DNA from: Phoronis australis
Lineage: Eukaryota > Animalia > Phoronida
Length of the DNA stretch: 64,000 nucleotides
Assembly (NCBI GenBank): GCA_002633005.1
Contig: NMRA01000299.1
Coordinates: 1 to 64,000, forward strand
Reading direction: 5' to 3'
Position 1 is the stretch's first letter, and every line of letters starts with the position of its first letter. Positions 61,350 to 64,000 of the stretch are shown here, piece by piece. The notes under the pieces are model-generated. The model was not told the origin of the DNA and ran no database searches. It saw only the letters and a program-made list of their open reading frames with translations. The position numbers and the translations under genes were made by a program.

Positions 61350-64000
61350 GATTGCTTTTAGTTGAAAGACTCTTTTCTTCCTCATTTTTATGTGCCTACA
61401 TATTTATATGTGGGTGCATATTGCCATCATTGTAATTTTTTGTCATATTGTCATGCATATTGAATACCATGCCTTAGCTAACCATTTGCAGCCAAGAAGT
61501 TTTGTTTTTGGAACCGAAATAGTGAATTCTATCCCATAATTTACCATCCCAACCTCACCGACCAATCACTAATCAGTAGCTGCCATTTTGGTAGGGTACA
61601 CTAGTAAACTCGCGAGCATACTCACAAAGCACTTGCCTTTTGATCACATGATTTTGCATAGTCTTTCTTTATTGCGAGATTCTTGTGTCGATGGAATGCA
61701 GCCACCCTCAGGCTTGTTTATATTATTTGCTATTTACTTGTTGTAAAAGAAGCTACATCCTGTCGTGTTATCTCTGAATGTTATTCAATTTTTATTTAAC
61801 TGAATCTTGAATGGGGGCTTTGGCCCCAGGGGGTACTTGACTGTTTGTGAACACAGTGTGTTCTGTTGTAATGTTAGGATATTCACCCTTTTAGTAAGTT
61901 GACTTGAAAGTAGGAGCTTCCTTAAAGAAGTCATTCTTTCATCACACTTTTGTTTCTAGAACTCCCAAAGTGATCCCTTTTGTTGAGAATGAACTAGGGA
62001 AAAGGAATTCTTTTGCGGGGCATTTAATGATTGGAAAAGGTAGTCATTTGTTAAAATATGCCTGTAAAAATTATTGACACTGTTCTGTATCACCTCTTCA
62101 TGTTATTGACTGAGCAGTGTATTTTTCAAAAGAGATGAAACTTGACCAGTGAAGTTTAAAAATTAAAGAGTTAAGCTATGTTTTTACAAAAATGCTATGA
62201 ATAAGGTGTGCCAGTGAGTGTTACAAGAAATGAAAAAACCTAAAAACGGATGCTTATGAGACAGAAAGTTAAAGTACAGGTGGTCACTCAGTAATTATTG
62301 TAGGTATGTAATCCACCATGAACAAAATCACCCTTGGTCAGTCGTTTTGTGAGATATTTTGATTTCAGTTCTCTGACATAATTACTGAACTTGTCTCATC
62401 TTATGCACGAAAAACACTGATTGCGGATTTATTTTTCATTTAATGGTGTCTCTTAACTAATTTTCATGCCATTAACGATTTGGACAGTATGTTCCAGTGC
62501 TAAGTGATTGTTGCGTTATTAAACCAGCTCGCTGACAGGCCTAATCTTATCAATATTGCGGTTTCCAAGCCATAGGTGCATTTGGGCGTATGGATCCCTA
62601 AGCACCTCATTAAATGGCACCGATTGTCAGGTCTCCCCTAGGGGTTCGTCGGCCATGATTTACGATTCATTGTTTGTAAAGACCTCTACACTAGAAAACA
62701 ACTCGTAGTTTATTATTGTTCCTGTTCGTTGTTTTCCAAAATTGTAAACTCCTGCCTCATAGTGACAGAACTGAATGATCTAATTTGTGAATAATTAACA
62801 CAGGACTTGTGTCAGAGTCAGTGCAAAGTTTAATAAATATGTCAAATACATCAGTTCATTATGTACGTACAATTGTTGTTTTTATAGAAAGTTGTGTGAA
62901 TAATAGCTATGATATAACGCACCCATAATCTGGGCACAGACAAGGGGCACATCGACTGAAGGAGATGAATGCCCATTTGCTAACAGGAAAGTCAGAATAT
63001 ACCAGTTTATTCAAGGGTTGTCATATTTTACACCTCATGAGCTGTATAAGTTTGATTTAAGAAAGAGTTTACAATGTTAACCCAATGGTTCAAGTGCAGT
63101 GTAGTATTGGATATTGTATAAAACCACTTAATTACTTTAAAAAGATTTACCATTTTGTCTGAAAACTCAGGGTTTGCTGTACAGTAAATAATTTACCAGA
63201 TTCTCTTACAACTGAACTTCAGGCAGGAATTGTTGAAAACTGGGTTTGTATTTTGCTGGCAGTCTTTGCTTATTCATTAAGACAATTCAGTAGACGAGCT
63301 CGACCATTATAATAGGGCTGTGTTGTGGCATCATCTGTGATTCTAAACAATTGCAAAAATTGTGAACATTCAATACAAATGAAATCTTGGGGAACACTCA
63401 TGGGATTTTTACTTGTTTACTACTAGATTCATTACTCAAGCCGTTATCTTGATATCATCAACTTGAAACCAATAACGTTTCTTTGATTTGAGAACATTCA
63501 GTGACTAACTGCTGCCTTTGGCTTCCTTATGGCAAAATATCTCATGTGTTTGATGAAAATAATTGGCATAATTGGTCTTTTTCAGTTTATTTTTCAAAAG
63601 CTAACATTGTTTTTAAATGTCCAAAATCTCAGAAACATTGCTGGGTATCAAAGGACGTTATATGATTTTATATTTTTAAAATGTTTGTTGCTATTAACGT
63701 TTTATTAAAAAATGAGCACCAAATTTCATTAATGTCAACCTATACCTCCTTCCTATCCTAAATCCACCACAAGACTGCACTTGTTGACAGTTTTTGTCAC
63801 CTCATGGCTCTCGATTACAAGTTCACAAGTTCAACATACCACCATAGACATCTTAATACTGTGATGTCTGTGTTTCGAGTGTGGCGCCGGAATACTACAC
63901 ACGTCGTGTGTATTGGGTATACAGGAAGGTATCCCTGGAGTCATTTGTCAAATGGACTGTGTTAATATTTGGCAGCAACAAAAGTGAGCACGATGAGACT

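Noticed and set aside
62832-62837. AATAAA as the gene's polyadenylation signal
   Set aside because: Plausible position, but the hexamer is common in AT-rich DNA and cannot be supported without transcript data.

Overview
AT-rich animal genomic DNA, most consistent with a marine invertebrate (inference), with one 654-nt N gap at 45795-46448. The window is dominated by the 3' part of one large + strand spliced gene. I reconstructed 22 coding exons by hand (1231-61349), about 1,397 aa in one frame; the 5' end and signal peptide lie upstream of the window. It encodes a type I membrane mosaic protein: C-type lectin, 2 CCP/sushi, F5/8-type C (discoidin), CCP, F-type lectin (fucolectin), 3 CCP, SUEL/rhamnose-binding lectin, 8 CCP, a transmembrane helix and a ~37-aa tail ending NKVAP. 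Four lectin-type domain families therefore sit on one sushi scaffold, and every domain boundary is a phase-1 intron. Only the C-type lectin keeps a canonical sugar motif (EPN). The introns are packed with decayed transposons: an Academ element (XPG nuclease, 3-bp TSD), a hAT nested in a long-TIR element, a THAP-Harbinger/ISL2EU relic, a Penelope-like element with a variant hammerhead-like motif, L2- and L1/Tx1-type LINE ends, a tRNA-derived SINE, Helentron/DINE-1-like elements and five TA-flanked TACCGTA-ended elements. All calls come from reading the sequence; no searches were run.
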